64,000 nucleotides of DNA, taken from NCBI GenBank assembly GCA_963717505.1, contig OY970342.1, positions 3,488,001 through 3,552,000 on the forward strand. Reading direction: 5' to 3'. The stretch is from Candidatus Eiseniibacteriota bacterium (GTDB lineage Bacteria > Eisenbacteria > RBG-16-71-46). Positions within the stretch are counted from its first letter, which is position 1; every line of letters starts with the position of its first letter. Both the position numbers and the translations under genes were made by a program. The notes under the pieces were generated by a model. The model was not told the origin of the DNA, did not search any database, and saw nothing but the letters and a program-made list of their open reading frames with translations. Shown piece by piece: positions 9,267-21,531 of the stretch.

Positions 9267-12200
9267 ATGAGCCCCGATCGCTCGTTCTTTCCGCAGCGCC
9301 GCCACTCATCGACCTTTGGCTTCGTCGCCGGCCTGGCGCTGGCCACGGCCCTTCTGACTTCGGCACGCGCACAGGCTCAGGGCGTCAATCTCTCCTGGGA
9401 CGAATGCGGCGCCGCCGGCTCCCAGATCAAGTCGTTCGCGTGCGACGTCAACACCGGCGAGAGCTTTGCCGTCGCGTCGTTCCGTCCTCCGGCCGGCATC
9501 AACCAGTTCCTCGGCCTTTCCGCCGAGATGCGCATCGCGGGCACCACGCTCCCCGACTGGTGGAAGCACGGCGCCGGGCAATGCCGCGGTGCGGGCGCCC
9601 TGGTTCCGGATTTCCCGTTCACTCCAGGAGCCTGTCAGACTCCGTGGTCGACGAACGTCGCCGGCGGCTTCGTCTATGAGATCGAGAACTACGGCCCGAA
9701 TACCGCGCGACTGCGCATCCAGGCCGCCAACCCGTTCGAGGAGCAAGTCGCGCTCTCGAGCGGCAACGAGTACTACGCGTTTCGCGTGCGCATCGCGCGC
9801 AGCAAGTCGACCGGCGCCGGGAGCTGCGCGGGCTGCGCGGACCCGATGATGCTTCGACTCGAGAACGTGCAATTGTTCCAGCCGCCCACGGCCGGCAACG
9901 ACCCGGTGCTCACGGCGCCGCTGCTGCGGAACACCGCCTATTGGCAGGCTGCAGTGGGCGCGACGCCGGTGATCGCCGGCTTCACGCCGGGCGCCGGCGC
10001 GCCGGGCGCTTTGGTGACGATCAACGGGACCGGCTTGGCGTCGGCTTCCTCGGTCCTGTTCGGTGGAGTCTCTGCCACCTACACGGTCCTCGGCGGCACT
10101 CAGGTCCAGGCGACCGTGCCCGCGGACGGACGCACCGGACCGATTCAGGTCGGGACACCATTCGGCGTCGGCATCAGCGCCGCGTCGTTCGTGGTCCGCC
10201 CGCGAATCGACGACTTCCTGCCCCAGCAGGGACCGATCGGATCCTTGGTTCAGGTTTCGGGTATCAACTTCGGCGGAACCACCGCCGTTTCGTTCAACGG
10301 GATCTCCGCGATCTTCTCGGTGACCTCGGACTCGACGCTGCAGGCGACCGTGCCGGCCGGCGCCACCAGTGGCCCGATCGCGGTCACCAATGCCGGTGGC
10401 ACCGCGACGTCGGCCGATCCGTTCCAGGTGGGGCCGGCGGAAGGTCTGCTCAACCTGTCGTGGGACGACTGCGGCCTCGCCGGCAGCGAGGTCCAGAGCT
10501 TCGCGTGCAACTCGAACTCCGGCCCGATGTTCACGCTGATCGGATCGTTCGTGCCGCCGGCGGGAGTCAACGAGCTGCTGGGTATGAGCGCGGACGTCCG
10601 CATCTCGTCGGGGACGTTGCCCGACTGGTGGAAGCACGGCGCCGGCCAATGCCGCGGCACCGGCAGCATCACCGCCAACATGAACTTCCAGACCGGGCCC
10701 ACCTCGTGCGCCGACTATTGGCAGGGATTCGCCCCGGCCTCGGTGGCCTACGACATCGGCTACTACGGTCCTGAGACCGCACGGCTGCGCGTCAGTGGCT
10801 TCGTGCCGTCCAGCCGTAGGGGACCGGTGGATCCGCTCACCGAGTACTACGCGTTCCGTGCTTTGATCAGCCGCCTGCGGACGGTGTCCGACGGCGCCTG
10901 CGCCGGCTGCGATCAGCCGGTGGTCCTGTCGCTCGAGCAGATCCAGCTGATCCAACCCTCGACCATTGGGAACGACCCGATCATCACCCGGCCGCGCGAT
11001 CGCAACACGGCCTACTGGCAGGGCGTTCCCGGCCCGAGTCCGATCATCGAGTCGATCACGCCGACCGCTGGTGCTCCCGGCACCCCGGTCACCATTCGCG
11101 GCCACAACTTCATCGACGTCGCCTCGGTCCGCTTCCAGGGTGTCGACGCCACTTTCAGCGTACCCTCGGACTCGGTCGTCCAGACGACGGTGCCGTTGAA
11201 CGCCCGGACTGGACCGGTCAGCGTGCGCACCACCAACGGCACCGCGATCGGCCCGGTGTTCACCGTGGCCCCGCGCATCGTCACGTTTGCGCCCCGCCAG
11301 GCCCCGATCGGCTACAGCCCGATCACCCTCCGCGGCTTCAACTTCACCAGTGCCAGCGCGGTGCTGTTCAACGGTGTTCCGTCGACCTTCACGGTTCCGT
11401 CCGACTCGGTGATCCAGGCGACGGTGCCCGCGGGTGCGACCAACGGGCCACTGACCGTGGTCGGACCGGGCGGGAGCACGCCCTCCGACAGCACGTTCCG
11501 CGTCGGGCCACTGCCGCCGGGCGCCATCAACCTGTCCTGGGACGAGTGCGGTCTGGCCGGATCGGAATTCGATAGCTTCGCGTGCAACACCAACACGGGG
11601 ACGCCGTTCACTCTGATCGGCTCGTTCACGCCGCCGCCGTTCGTCGATGAATTCGTCGGCATCAGCGCGGTGGTTCGAATCGAATCCTTCACCGCCTTGC
11701 CCGATTGGTGGAAGCACGGCGCCACGCAATGTCGTGGCTCGGGCGCTTTGAGCGCATCGTTCGGTTTCGTCGGGGCGCCCGGTTGCAGCGATCCCTACGC
11801 CGGCACGGCCACCGGCGGGCTGACCTACGACGTCGGGTACTACGGACCCAACACCGCGCGACTGGTGGTATTCGGCAGCAAGCCCGCCGAGTTCCGCGGA
11901 CCGCTGTCGGTCGGCAGCCAGTACTACGCCTTCCGCGCGGTGGTTCAACCCTCGAAGTCGACCGGGGCCGGTAACTGCGCGGGATGCGCGACGCCGGTAC
12001 AGGTCCGGCTCGAGAGCATTCAGCTGTTCCAGCCGGCGACGGTCGGATTCGATCCGATCATCTCCGCGACCCTCGACCGCACGGTCGCCTACTGGCAGGC
12101 CGTGCCCGGCGAGCCCCCGACGATCAGCTCGATCACGCCGAACGCGGGGCCGCCGGCCACACCGGTCACCATCCGCGGCACCCGCTTCGTGGCGGTGAAC

Positions 12201-15200
12201 GCGGTCCGCTTCGGTACCCTCGATGCCACCTTCTCGGTGCCCTCGGACTCGGTGATCCAGGCCAGCGTTCCCGCCAACGCGCGCACCGGAGCGGTCAGCG
12301 TGCACACCGCCAACGGTGTTGCCGTCGGCCCGACCTTCAACGTGGCGCCGCGAATCCTGACCTTCGTTCCGCGCCAGGCGCCGATCGGCTTCAGCCCGAT
12401 CGTGATCCGCGGCTTCAACTTCACGGGTGCCACCTCGGTACGGTTCAACGGCGTCTCGGCCACCTTCACGACCGCTTCGGACTCGGTGATCCAGGCGACG
12501 GTGCCGACAGGAGCCACCAATGGACCGATCAGCGTGGTCGGCCCGGGAGGGACTACCGCATCCGACAGCACGTTCCGCGTGGGACCGCTGCCCGCGGGCG
12601 GAGTGAATCTGTCGTGGGACAACTGCGGCGTGTCGGGCATGGACATCAAGACGTTCGCCTGCAACACCAACAGCGGGAACTTCCCTCTGATCGGCTCGTT
12701 CGTGCCGCCGCCCTTCGTCGATGAGTTCATCGGGATCAGCGGCGAGATCCGAGTCGATGGTTTCGGTGGGCTGCCCGACTGGTGGAAGCACGGCGCCGGA
12801 CAATGCCGCGGCACCAGCGGATTGACGTCCTCGTACAACTTCGGCGGCAGCACCCCGTGCAACGACCCGTTCGGTGGCTTCGCCACCGGCACGCACAGCT
12901 ACTCGATCGACTACTACGGGCCCAACACCGCGCGCATTTTGGTGACCGCCAGCAAGCCGGAGGCGAATCGCAGCCCGGTGTTGCCCGACCGCGAGTACTA
13001 CGCGTTTCGCGTGAACGTCACGGCGTCGCAGTCGACCGGCGCGGGAAGCTGCGCCGGCTGTTCAACGCCGATGCGCCTGTCCCTCGAGAATCTGCAGCTC
13101 TTCCAGCCGGCAGTCGTCGGCTTCAACCCGATCCTGGTCGCCGCGCAGGATCGCAAACAGGCCTACTGGCAGGCGGTGCCGGGCCCGGTGCCCAGCGTCC
13201 AGGCGTTCTCGCCGACCGCCGGCGCGGAGTCGACGCCGGTTACGGTCACCGGACACCACTTCACCGGCGCCACCGCCGTCCGCTTTGGTGGCGTGCTCTC
13301 GGGATTCAGCGTGCCTTCGGACTCGGTCATCCAGACCAGCGTTCCGGTCGGGGCTCGCACCGGGGCGATCTCGGTGACCACGGGGCAGGGAACCGGGAAC
13401 AGCGCAGCGGCGTTCGTGGTGGCGCCCCACATCACCACCATCAGTCCGCGACAGGCGCCGGTCGGATACGTGCTTCGCATCCATGGCTACAACTTCACGT
13501 CGGCCACCCAGGTGTTGTTCAACGGGCTGGCCGCCAGCTTCACCGTCGATTCGGATCTTCTGATCCTGGCGCCGGTTCCCAGCGGCGCCACCAGCGGCCC
13601 GATCACCGTGGCCAACCCGGGCGGCTCCGACGTGTCGGACATCGACTTCACCGTCGGCCCGCTTCCCGGCGGGTTCATCAACCTGGCCTGGGACGACTGC
13701 GGGACCAACGGCGACCCGATCAAGTTGTTCGCGTGCAACAGCAACTCGGGTCTGCCCTTCACTCTGGTCGGTTCCTTCGTGCCGCCCGGCGGCGTCCACG
13801 AGCTGATCGGCATGACCGCCGACCTGCGCATCGCCACCGCGACGGTGTTGCCCGATTGGTGGCGGCACGGTGCCGCGCAATGCCGCGGCGCCTCGGCGAT
13901 CTCAGCAATGTTCACGCAGCCAGGCACGTGCCTCGATCCGTGGGAGGGGGACGCGGTCGGCAACTGGTCCTACGAGATCGGATTCGGCGGACCCAACATG
14001 GCACGTATGGTGATCTGGTGCTTCGCCGACTCACCCCGTCCGGTGATGGATGGAGAGGAGTACTCGGCGTTCCGGGTGAACCTCCAGCAGTCGAAGACCA
14101 CCGGAAGCGGATCGTGCGCCGGGTGCGCGATCGCGGCGTCGATCACGCTCCGCCAGATCCAGCTCCACCAGACTCCGGCCCTCAAGGACGATCCCTTGAT
14201 CAACACGCCGCTCGATTCGAAGGTGGCGTACTGGCAGAGCGTCCCGGGTGCGGCGCCGGAGATCCTGGCGTTCTCGCCGACCGCCGGCGAGGTCGGGACC
14301 CCGGTGACCATCACCGGCCACCGGTTCACCGGTACCACCTCGGTGCGCTTCAATTCAGGCGAAGCCGGGTTCAACGTGGCCTCGGACTCGGTGATCACCA
14401 CCAGCGTGCCTTCGGACGGTCGCACGGGACCGATCTACGTGACCACCGCCAACGGCCTCGGCGGCAGCAGCACGTCGTTCATCGTGGCGCCCGACATCCT
14501 GAGCTTCTCGCCGACCATGGCTCCGATCGGCAGCGGCGTCTCGATTCTGGGCGTGAACTTCAGCGCGACCACCACGGTGACGTTCAACGGCACGCCGGCC
14601 ACCTTCGTGGTGCTGTCCGATACGCAGATCCAGGCGAACGTTCCGCTCGGGACCACCGACGGTCCGATCATGGTGGTGAATCCCGGCGGCTCGGACGTCT
14701 CGGACCAGTTCTTCCGCGTCGGAACCGTCACAGGTGGTGGAATCAATCTGTCATGGAACGAATGCGGCGACGGCGGAGCGGCGAGCGCGTTCTTCGCGTG
14801 TAACACCAACACCGGCGCCCCATTCACGGCGGTCGCGTCGTTCGCAACCGGAGTACCTTTGCCGGAGTTCCTGGGTCTCTCGGCGGACATGCGGCTCTCG
14901 TTCGCCGGCTCGGCCACAGTCCCGGACTGGTGGCTGCATGGCACGGGCCTCTGCCGCGGAACCACCGGGCTCAGCACCAACTTCGACTTTACCGCTGGTC
15001 CGTTCAACTGCCTCGACTTCTACTTCGGCCAGGCCGCGGGAGGTTTCGCCTACGATATTGGCTACGCCTTGCCCAACGACGCGCGGCTGCGCGTCCAGTG
15101 CGCGGTTCCGTTCGAGAACCGGGGGTCGATCGATCCGGGAGTCGAGTGGTATGCATTCAAAGTCAACATCCTGCGGTCCAAGACCACGGGCACCGGCTCG

Positions 15201-15900
15201 TGCGCTGGGTGCGGCCAAATCGCCTGCATTCAGTTGAACGAGATCCAGCTCTTCCAGCCACCGGCAGAAAACTTGGATCCCGTGATCTTCGATCCGCTGA
15301 ATCGCAATTTCATCACCTGGCAGACCACCGCACCGAGCTGCCCCGGCGGTACTCCGGTCCTGGTGTCGGTGGTCACCGCCGAGGCGACGTCGGATCGCGT
15401 GCGGCTGATCTGGCAGACCGAGGAGGTCAACTACGCCACCGTGCATCGCCGCCAAGGCGAGGGCGAATGGCGACAGATCGCCACGCTCCGTCCCGATGGG
15501 CAGATGCGCGTGACCTATGAAGACACCGACGTCGAACCCGGCGCGACCTACGATTACCGGCTCGGCATCCCGGTGCCGACCGGCGAGGTCTACATGGGAG
15601 AGACGCGGGTCACGGTTCCCGGCGCGGAGCCCAAGGCCCTGGCGTTGGCGCGTGTCGGTTGGGACGGCTCAGCCGGAGCACTCAGAGGTGTCGCTGTCGC
15701 TGCCGCAAGGTGGCTCGGCGTCGTTCGAGCTGTTCGACATCAACGGCCGACGACTGGTCGGCGAGCGCTTCGAAGGACTCAAGGCCGGCACCCACGAACT
15801 CAGGGTGAGGCCGAGCCAGCCGCTCAAGCCGGGCGTGTTCTTCGCGCGCGTGACGCAGAACGGGGTCGATGCGAAACGGAGGTTCGTGGTCGTGCAGTAG
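9267..15900 (+). CDS. Array gene A: secreted ~2200-aa protein with 6 Cys-rich domains, 10 IPT/TIG domains, an FN3-like module and a T9SS-like tail
   Basis: GAGGA RBS and signal peptide ending ARAQA. NL(S/A)W motifs at 9387, 10452, 11529, 12606, 13680 and 14745. One extra base near 15684 shifts the tail, and the paralogous end RRFVVVQ* is at 15900. Confidence 0.88.
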
Positions 15901-15928
15901 GGTTCATCGAGTCTCGGCATCGGGGGTC

Positions 15929-18900
15929 ATGATGATCGTCGCCGGGCGCCGCGAGGAGGCCTCTCCGCCTCCTCCGGCGCCGACTCGTAGCCTGGATGGC
16001 GGTCGCGACTTCTCGTCGTGGCGGCTTCTGCTGCCGGCGCCCAGGGAATCAATCTCTCCTGGGACGACTGTGGGCTTGCCGGAAGCGAGATCAAGAGCGT
16101 TCGCGTGCAACACGAACGCGGGGGACGACTACCTGGTCGCCTCGTTCCGGCCACCCGATGGGATCTCGGAGTTCCTCGGCGTCAGTGCCGAGCTGCGCAT
16201 CGCATCGACGCACCTGCCCGACTGGTGGCGACACGGCAATGCGCAGTGCCGGGGGGGAGCGGCACTGTCGACCGGATTTCGCATTCGTGTCCGGAGTTTG
16301 CGCGACTCCCTGGTCGCTCAGCGCCACTGGTGGAATGGACTACCAGCTCGACGGGTATGGCGGCAACACCGCAAGGCTCAGGATCCAAGGCGCGAATCCG
16401 TTCGAAGATCGCAGGCCGCTTTCGAGCGCCGCCGAGTACGTGGCCTTCCGAATTCGAATCGCCCACAGCAAGAGCACCGGCGCCGGCAGCTGCCCCGGCT
16501 GCGCCGATCCGGTGCTGGTCCGACTCGAGCGTGTGGAGCTATTCCAGCCACCGGAGTTGAAGCACGACCCGGTGCTGACCACGACGCTCGACCGAACCAG
16601 CGCCTACTGGCAGGGCACCGTGGGTTCTCAGCCGTCGATCACGAGCGTCCTGCCCGGGGCGGGTTCACCTGGAACCGCCGTCGCGATCGGCGGCACCGGA
16701 CTGACCGCTGCCTCTTCGGTGAGCTTCGGCGGAGGTGCCGCCAACTACACGGTCGGCTCCGACACGCAGATCGGCGCGACCGTACCGGGAAATGCCGTCA
16801 TCGGCCCGGTGCAGGTCACGACTCCATTCGGAACGGCGCTCAGCGCCAGCCCGTTCATCGTCCCTGCACGCATCGAGTACGTCCTTCCCGAGAAGGGACC
16901 GCCGGGAACCGTCGTTCATTTGTTTGGGTCCGACTTCTCGCCCACAACGGCGGTAAGTTTCAACGGCCTCAGCGCCGCCCTCCAGGTGATTTCGAATACC
17001 CTGCTCGCCGCAACTGTCCCGGCGACGGCGACCACCGGACCGCTCGTGGTCACCAACCCGGCGGGGACGGCGTTCGCACCGGAGCCATTCGAGGTCGGAC
17101 CGCCCGAAGGTGTCTTGAACCTTTCCTGGGACGACTGCGGTCTGGCCGGGAGCGAAATCAAGACCTTCGCGTGCAACACGAACTCGGGGCCGCTCTTCAA
17201 TCTGATCGGCTCGTTCGTCCCCCCGGAAGGCGTGAACGAGCTGATCGGGATGATCGCCGACGTGCGAATCACTGGGAATTCGCTCCCGAATTGGTGGCGT
17301 CATGGTCCGGGCCAGTGCCGGGGCCCGTCTCTGCTCACCGACATGAACTTCGTCAGCGGTCCGGAGTCCTGCGCCGACTTCTGGCAGGGTCGCGCAATCT
17401 CCAACTACAGCTACGCGATCGACTATTACGGTCCGCAAACTGCTCGCCTGCGGGTATCCGGATCCATGAGCCCGGACTACCGAGGCTCCGTCGATGCGCG
17501 CACCGAGTACTACGGGTTCCGCGTCCAGATCAGCCGCTTGCGCACCGTCTCCGACAACTCGTGCTCCGGGTGTGACCAGCCCATGGCGCTGGTCCTCGAG
17601 CAAATGCAGCTCCTCCAGCCGGCCACGGCCGGAAGCGATCCGATCATCACGCGGCCGTTCCATCGGGGCACGGCTTATTGGCAGAACGTGCCGGGTCCGA
17701 TGCCGACGGTCGCGACCATCGAGCCGGAAGCGGGTTCACCCGGCACTCCCGTCACCTTCCGCGGCACTCATTTCGTCGACGTCAGCTCGGTTCGATTCGC
17801 GAACACGGAGGCGGCCTTCAGTGTTCCTTCCGACTCCGTGATTCTGACGACCGTCCCCGCTGGCGCCCGCAGCGGACCGGTCAGCGTCCGCACGCCGCAT
17901 GGCACCGCTCTCGGGCCGGTGTTCACCGTCGCGCCTCGGATCGTGTCGTTCTACCCGCGCCAGGCGCCGGCGGGCTACGACCCGGTGACCATCAACGGCT
18001 TCAACTTCGTCGGGGTCACGTCGGTTCGCTTCAATGGGGTGGAGGCCAGTTTCACGGTGCCCTCGGACACGGTCCTTCGCGCCGCGGTGCCGCTGGGGGT
18101 CAGCGACGGACCGATCACCGTGACCGGTCCGGGTGGAACCAGCGTCTCCGACAGTGTGTTCCGTATCGGCCCGTTGCCGCCAGGCACCATCAACCTGTCC
18201 TGGGACGATTGTGGCGCGGCGGGGACCAGCCTCCAGACGTTCGCGTGCGACACCAACACCGGACCGGCATTCCAGCTGATCGGCTCGTTCACGCCACCGC
18301 CCGGCGTCGATGAGTTCCTCGGGCTGTCTGCGGAGCTGCGTATCGAGTCGGGCTCGGCGTTGCCTGCCTGGTGGAAGCACGGGGCGGGGGAGTGTCGAGG
18401 CTCGAGCTCGCTGCAGGCGTCCTTCAACTTCGCGGCTTCCCCGACCGCGGCCTGCGAGACCGCGGGCATGTCCTCCGGCGGCTCCCTCACCTACAGCATC
18501 GGGTTCTATGGCCCCAACTCGGCGCGACTCCTCCTGTCGGGCAGCCGCGCGGGCACGACGCCGCTGTCGTCCATCGACGAGTACTACGCCTTCCGGGTGA
18601 GTCTCCAACGTACGAACACCCTGCCCGGCGTCACCGGCTGTGAGGATTGCTCGCGCCCGGTCCGCCTGACCCTGAACAGCATTCAGCTCCATCAGCCGGC
18701 CGCGGTGGGTTTCGATCCGATTCTCGTGACGCCCGATCTCCGGAGCGACGTCCTGTGGCAGGCCGAGCCCGGCCCCGCGCCGGTCGTCATTTCCTTCAGC
18801 CCAGTCGGAGGCCCAGCGGGAACGCCCGTCACGGTGGGGGGCACACACTTCACCGGCGCCACGGCAGTCCGCTTCGGTTCGACGCCTGCCTCGTTCAGCG

Positions 18901-21503
18901 TGACCTCGGACACGTTCGTCCAGACCGTGGTTCCGGCCGGTGCGATCACCGGCCCGATCTCCGTTCAGACCATTCAGGGCACCGGGACCAGTAGCTCCTC
19001 GTTCCTCATCGCGCCGCAGATCAACCTGGTTACCCCGTTGCAGGCGCCGGTGGGCGAGACGGTCCGGCTCCTCGGCGCCGGCTTCACCGGCACGACCACC
19101 GTCCTTTTCAATGGCACGACCGCGACCTTCGTCGTGGCGAGCGACGTGATGACCCGTGCCGTCGTCCCGGCCGGTGCCACCAACGGCCCGATCACGGTCA
19201 CCCATGCCGGCGGCTCCGACGTCTCCGATCAGTCGTTCACCGTGGGACCGCTGATCCCCGGAGCGATCAACCTGTCCTGGGACGACTGCGGCCCGGCCGG
19301 CAGTGCGCTCAAGACCTTCGCGTGCGACGTCAACTCCGAAACGCGCTCCACCCTGGTCGCATCGTTCACGCCCCCGGGCGGCGTCGACTCCTTGTTCGGG
19401 CTCGTGGGGGACGTCCGCATCGCGAGCGCCGGCGACCTGCCCGACTGGTGGAAGCACGGCGCCGGCCAGTGCCGGGGCACCGGCGATCTGTCAGTGAACG
19501 TGAACTTCACGACCGGACCGACTTCGTGTGCCGATCCGTGGAACGGCGGCGCCACCCAGTCCTTCGGGTATCAGGTCGGCTACGCAGGCCCGAACACGGC
19601 GCGCCTCACGGTCAACGCGTACCTACCGACTCCACGCACGGTCCAGGTCGGAGTCGAGTACTACGCGTTCAAGGTCGGCATCAAGCAGAGCATGGTCGAA
19701 CCGAACAGCACGTGCCCGGGCTGTCTGGTCAAGACCATGATCACGCTGCAGAACATCCAACTGGTCCAGCCCGCGCACCTCGAGTTCAGTCCCATCCTCA
19801 CGCAGCCGCTCGACGCCAAGGTCACCCACTGGCAGGGTGTTCCCGGCACTCCGCCCGCGATCGCATCATTCGCACCGGCGGCCGGGCCGGCGGGCACGCC
19901 GGTGACGGTGACCGGATCGCGCTTCACCGGTGCCTTCCAGGTGCAGTTCAACACTCAGCCCGCAACATTCACCTTGGTCTCGGAGACGCAGATCGACGCG
20001 ATCGCGCCCGTTGGTGTGCGCACCGGACCGATCCGCGTGTCGACCCCCGATGGCACGGCTTCGAGCGGCGGGACGTTCTTCGGCCCTCCGAACATCACGG
20101 CGTTCACGCCGCTTCGAGGGCTCGTCGGAAGCATCGTCGCAATCACCGGCGTCAACTTCACCGGAGCGACCGAGGTGCTGTTCCACGGCACCTCCTCGAC
20201 ATTCACCGTCTCCTCCGATGTGCTGATTCGGGCCACCGTGCCGGACTCGGCCATCGACGGGCCGATCACCGTGATCGCGCCCGGTGGAACCGATGTCTCC
20301 GACAGGGACTTCGATGTGACCCCGGTGGTCATTCCTCCGAGTAGCAGTGGCATCAACCTCGCGTGGAATGACTGTGGTGACCCCTCGTCCCAGGTGTTCG
20401 CATGCAACGTCAACTCAGGCGTCGCCACGGCGGTCGCGTCGTTCTTGCCACCCGCGGGGATCGTCGAATTCCTGGGCATCTCGGCGGACATCAACATCCA
20501 GTTCCCGGGTACGTCCACGGTGCCGGATTGGTGGAAGCATGGGACCGGGCAGTGCCGCGGCACCACCGGTCTCGCCACGAACTTCGACTTCACCGCCGGC
20601 CCGTTCAACTGCCTCGACTTCTACTTCGGCCAGGCCGCCGGGGGTTTCGCCTACGACATCGGCTACGGCGCTCCCAATCGAGCGCGGCTGCGCGTACAGT
20701 GCGCGGTGCCCTTCGAGAATCGCGGACCGGTCGAGACCGATTACGAGTGGTATGCATTCAAGGTGAACTTGCTGCGCTCCAAGAGCACGGGGGCCGGCTC
20801 GTGCGCGGGCTGCGACGTGCAAGCGTGCCTGGTGCTGAACTTCATCCAGCTCTTCCAACCCCCTGAAAAGAACAACGACCCCGTGCTGATCCGGCCGGTG
20901 AATAGCAGCGTCATCACCTGGCAGGGTGTGGCCTCCGACTGCGCGGCGAGCTCCACGCCAGTCCTGGTGTCGGTCGTCACAGCAGAAGCCACCCCCGACC
21001 GGGTGCGGCTGGTATGGCAGACCGAGGACGTCGACCGGCCGACGGTCCACCGCCGCGAGGCCGGGGGCGAGTGGCAACATTTGGCGACGCTCTACCCCGA
21101 TGGCGAGTACCGCGTAGCTTACGAAGACACCGACATCACGCCCGGGGCGACCTACGACTACCGCCTGGGCGTTCCCATTCCGGCGGGTGAGTTGTACCTG
21201 GGCGAGACCCGGGTCACCGTGCCGGCAATGGCCCCCGCCACGCTGGCACTCGCGCGCGTGGCCTGGGACGGCTCGGCGGGAGCGCTCGCGGTGTCGCTGT
21301 CCTTGCCGCAGGGAGGCTCGGCCTCGCTCGAACTGTTCGACGTCAACGGGCGCCGGCTGATCGGCGAGCGTCTCGAGGGACTCGGCGCCGGAAGTCACGA
21401 GCTTAGCCTCAGACCTGCCCAGCCGCTCATGCCGGGGGTGTTCTTTGCCCGCGTGACCCAGAACGGCGAGGCGGCGAGCCGGAGGTTCGTGGTCGTTCAG
21501 TAG
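15929..21503 (+). CDS. Array gene B: secreted protein with 5 Cys-rich domains, 8 IPT/TIG domains, an FN3-like module and a T9SS-like tail (5' end frameshifted)
   Basis: The N-terminus is split across three frames between 15929 and ~16280 but aligns with the gene C N-terminus. The rest is the 15996..21503 ORF. Confidence 0.85.
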
Positions 21504-21531
21504 GGCACTGCGTCACCGAACGGGGGTCGCG

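Noticed and set aside
9306-12896. 1196-aa antisense ORF and other long opposite-strand or alternate-frame ORFs (e.g. 33588-36041, 45567-47264, 55414-57204, 56640-59525)
   Set aside because: These are shadow ORFs caused by high GC and codon bias. They are rich in Arg/Ala/Gly, have no motifs and fully overlap well-supported genes.
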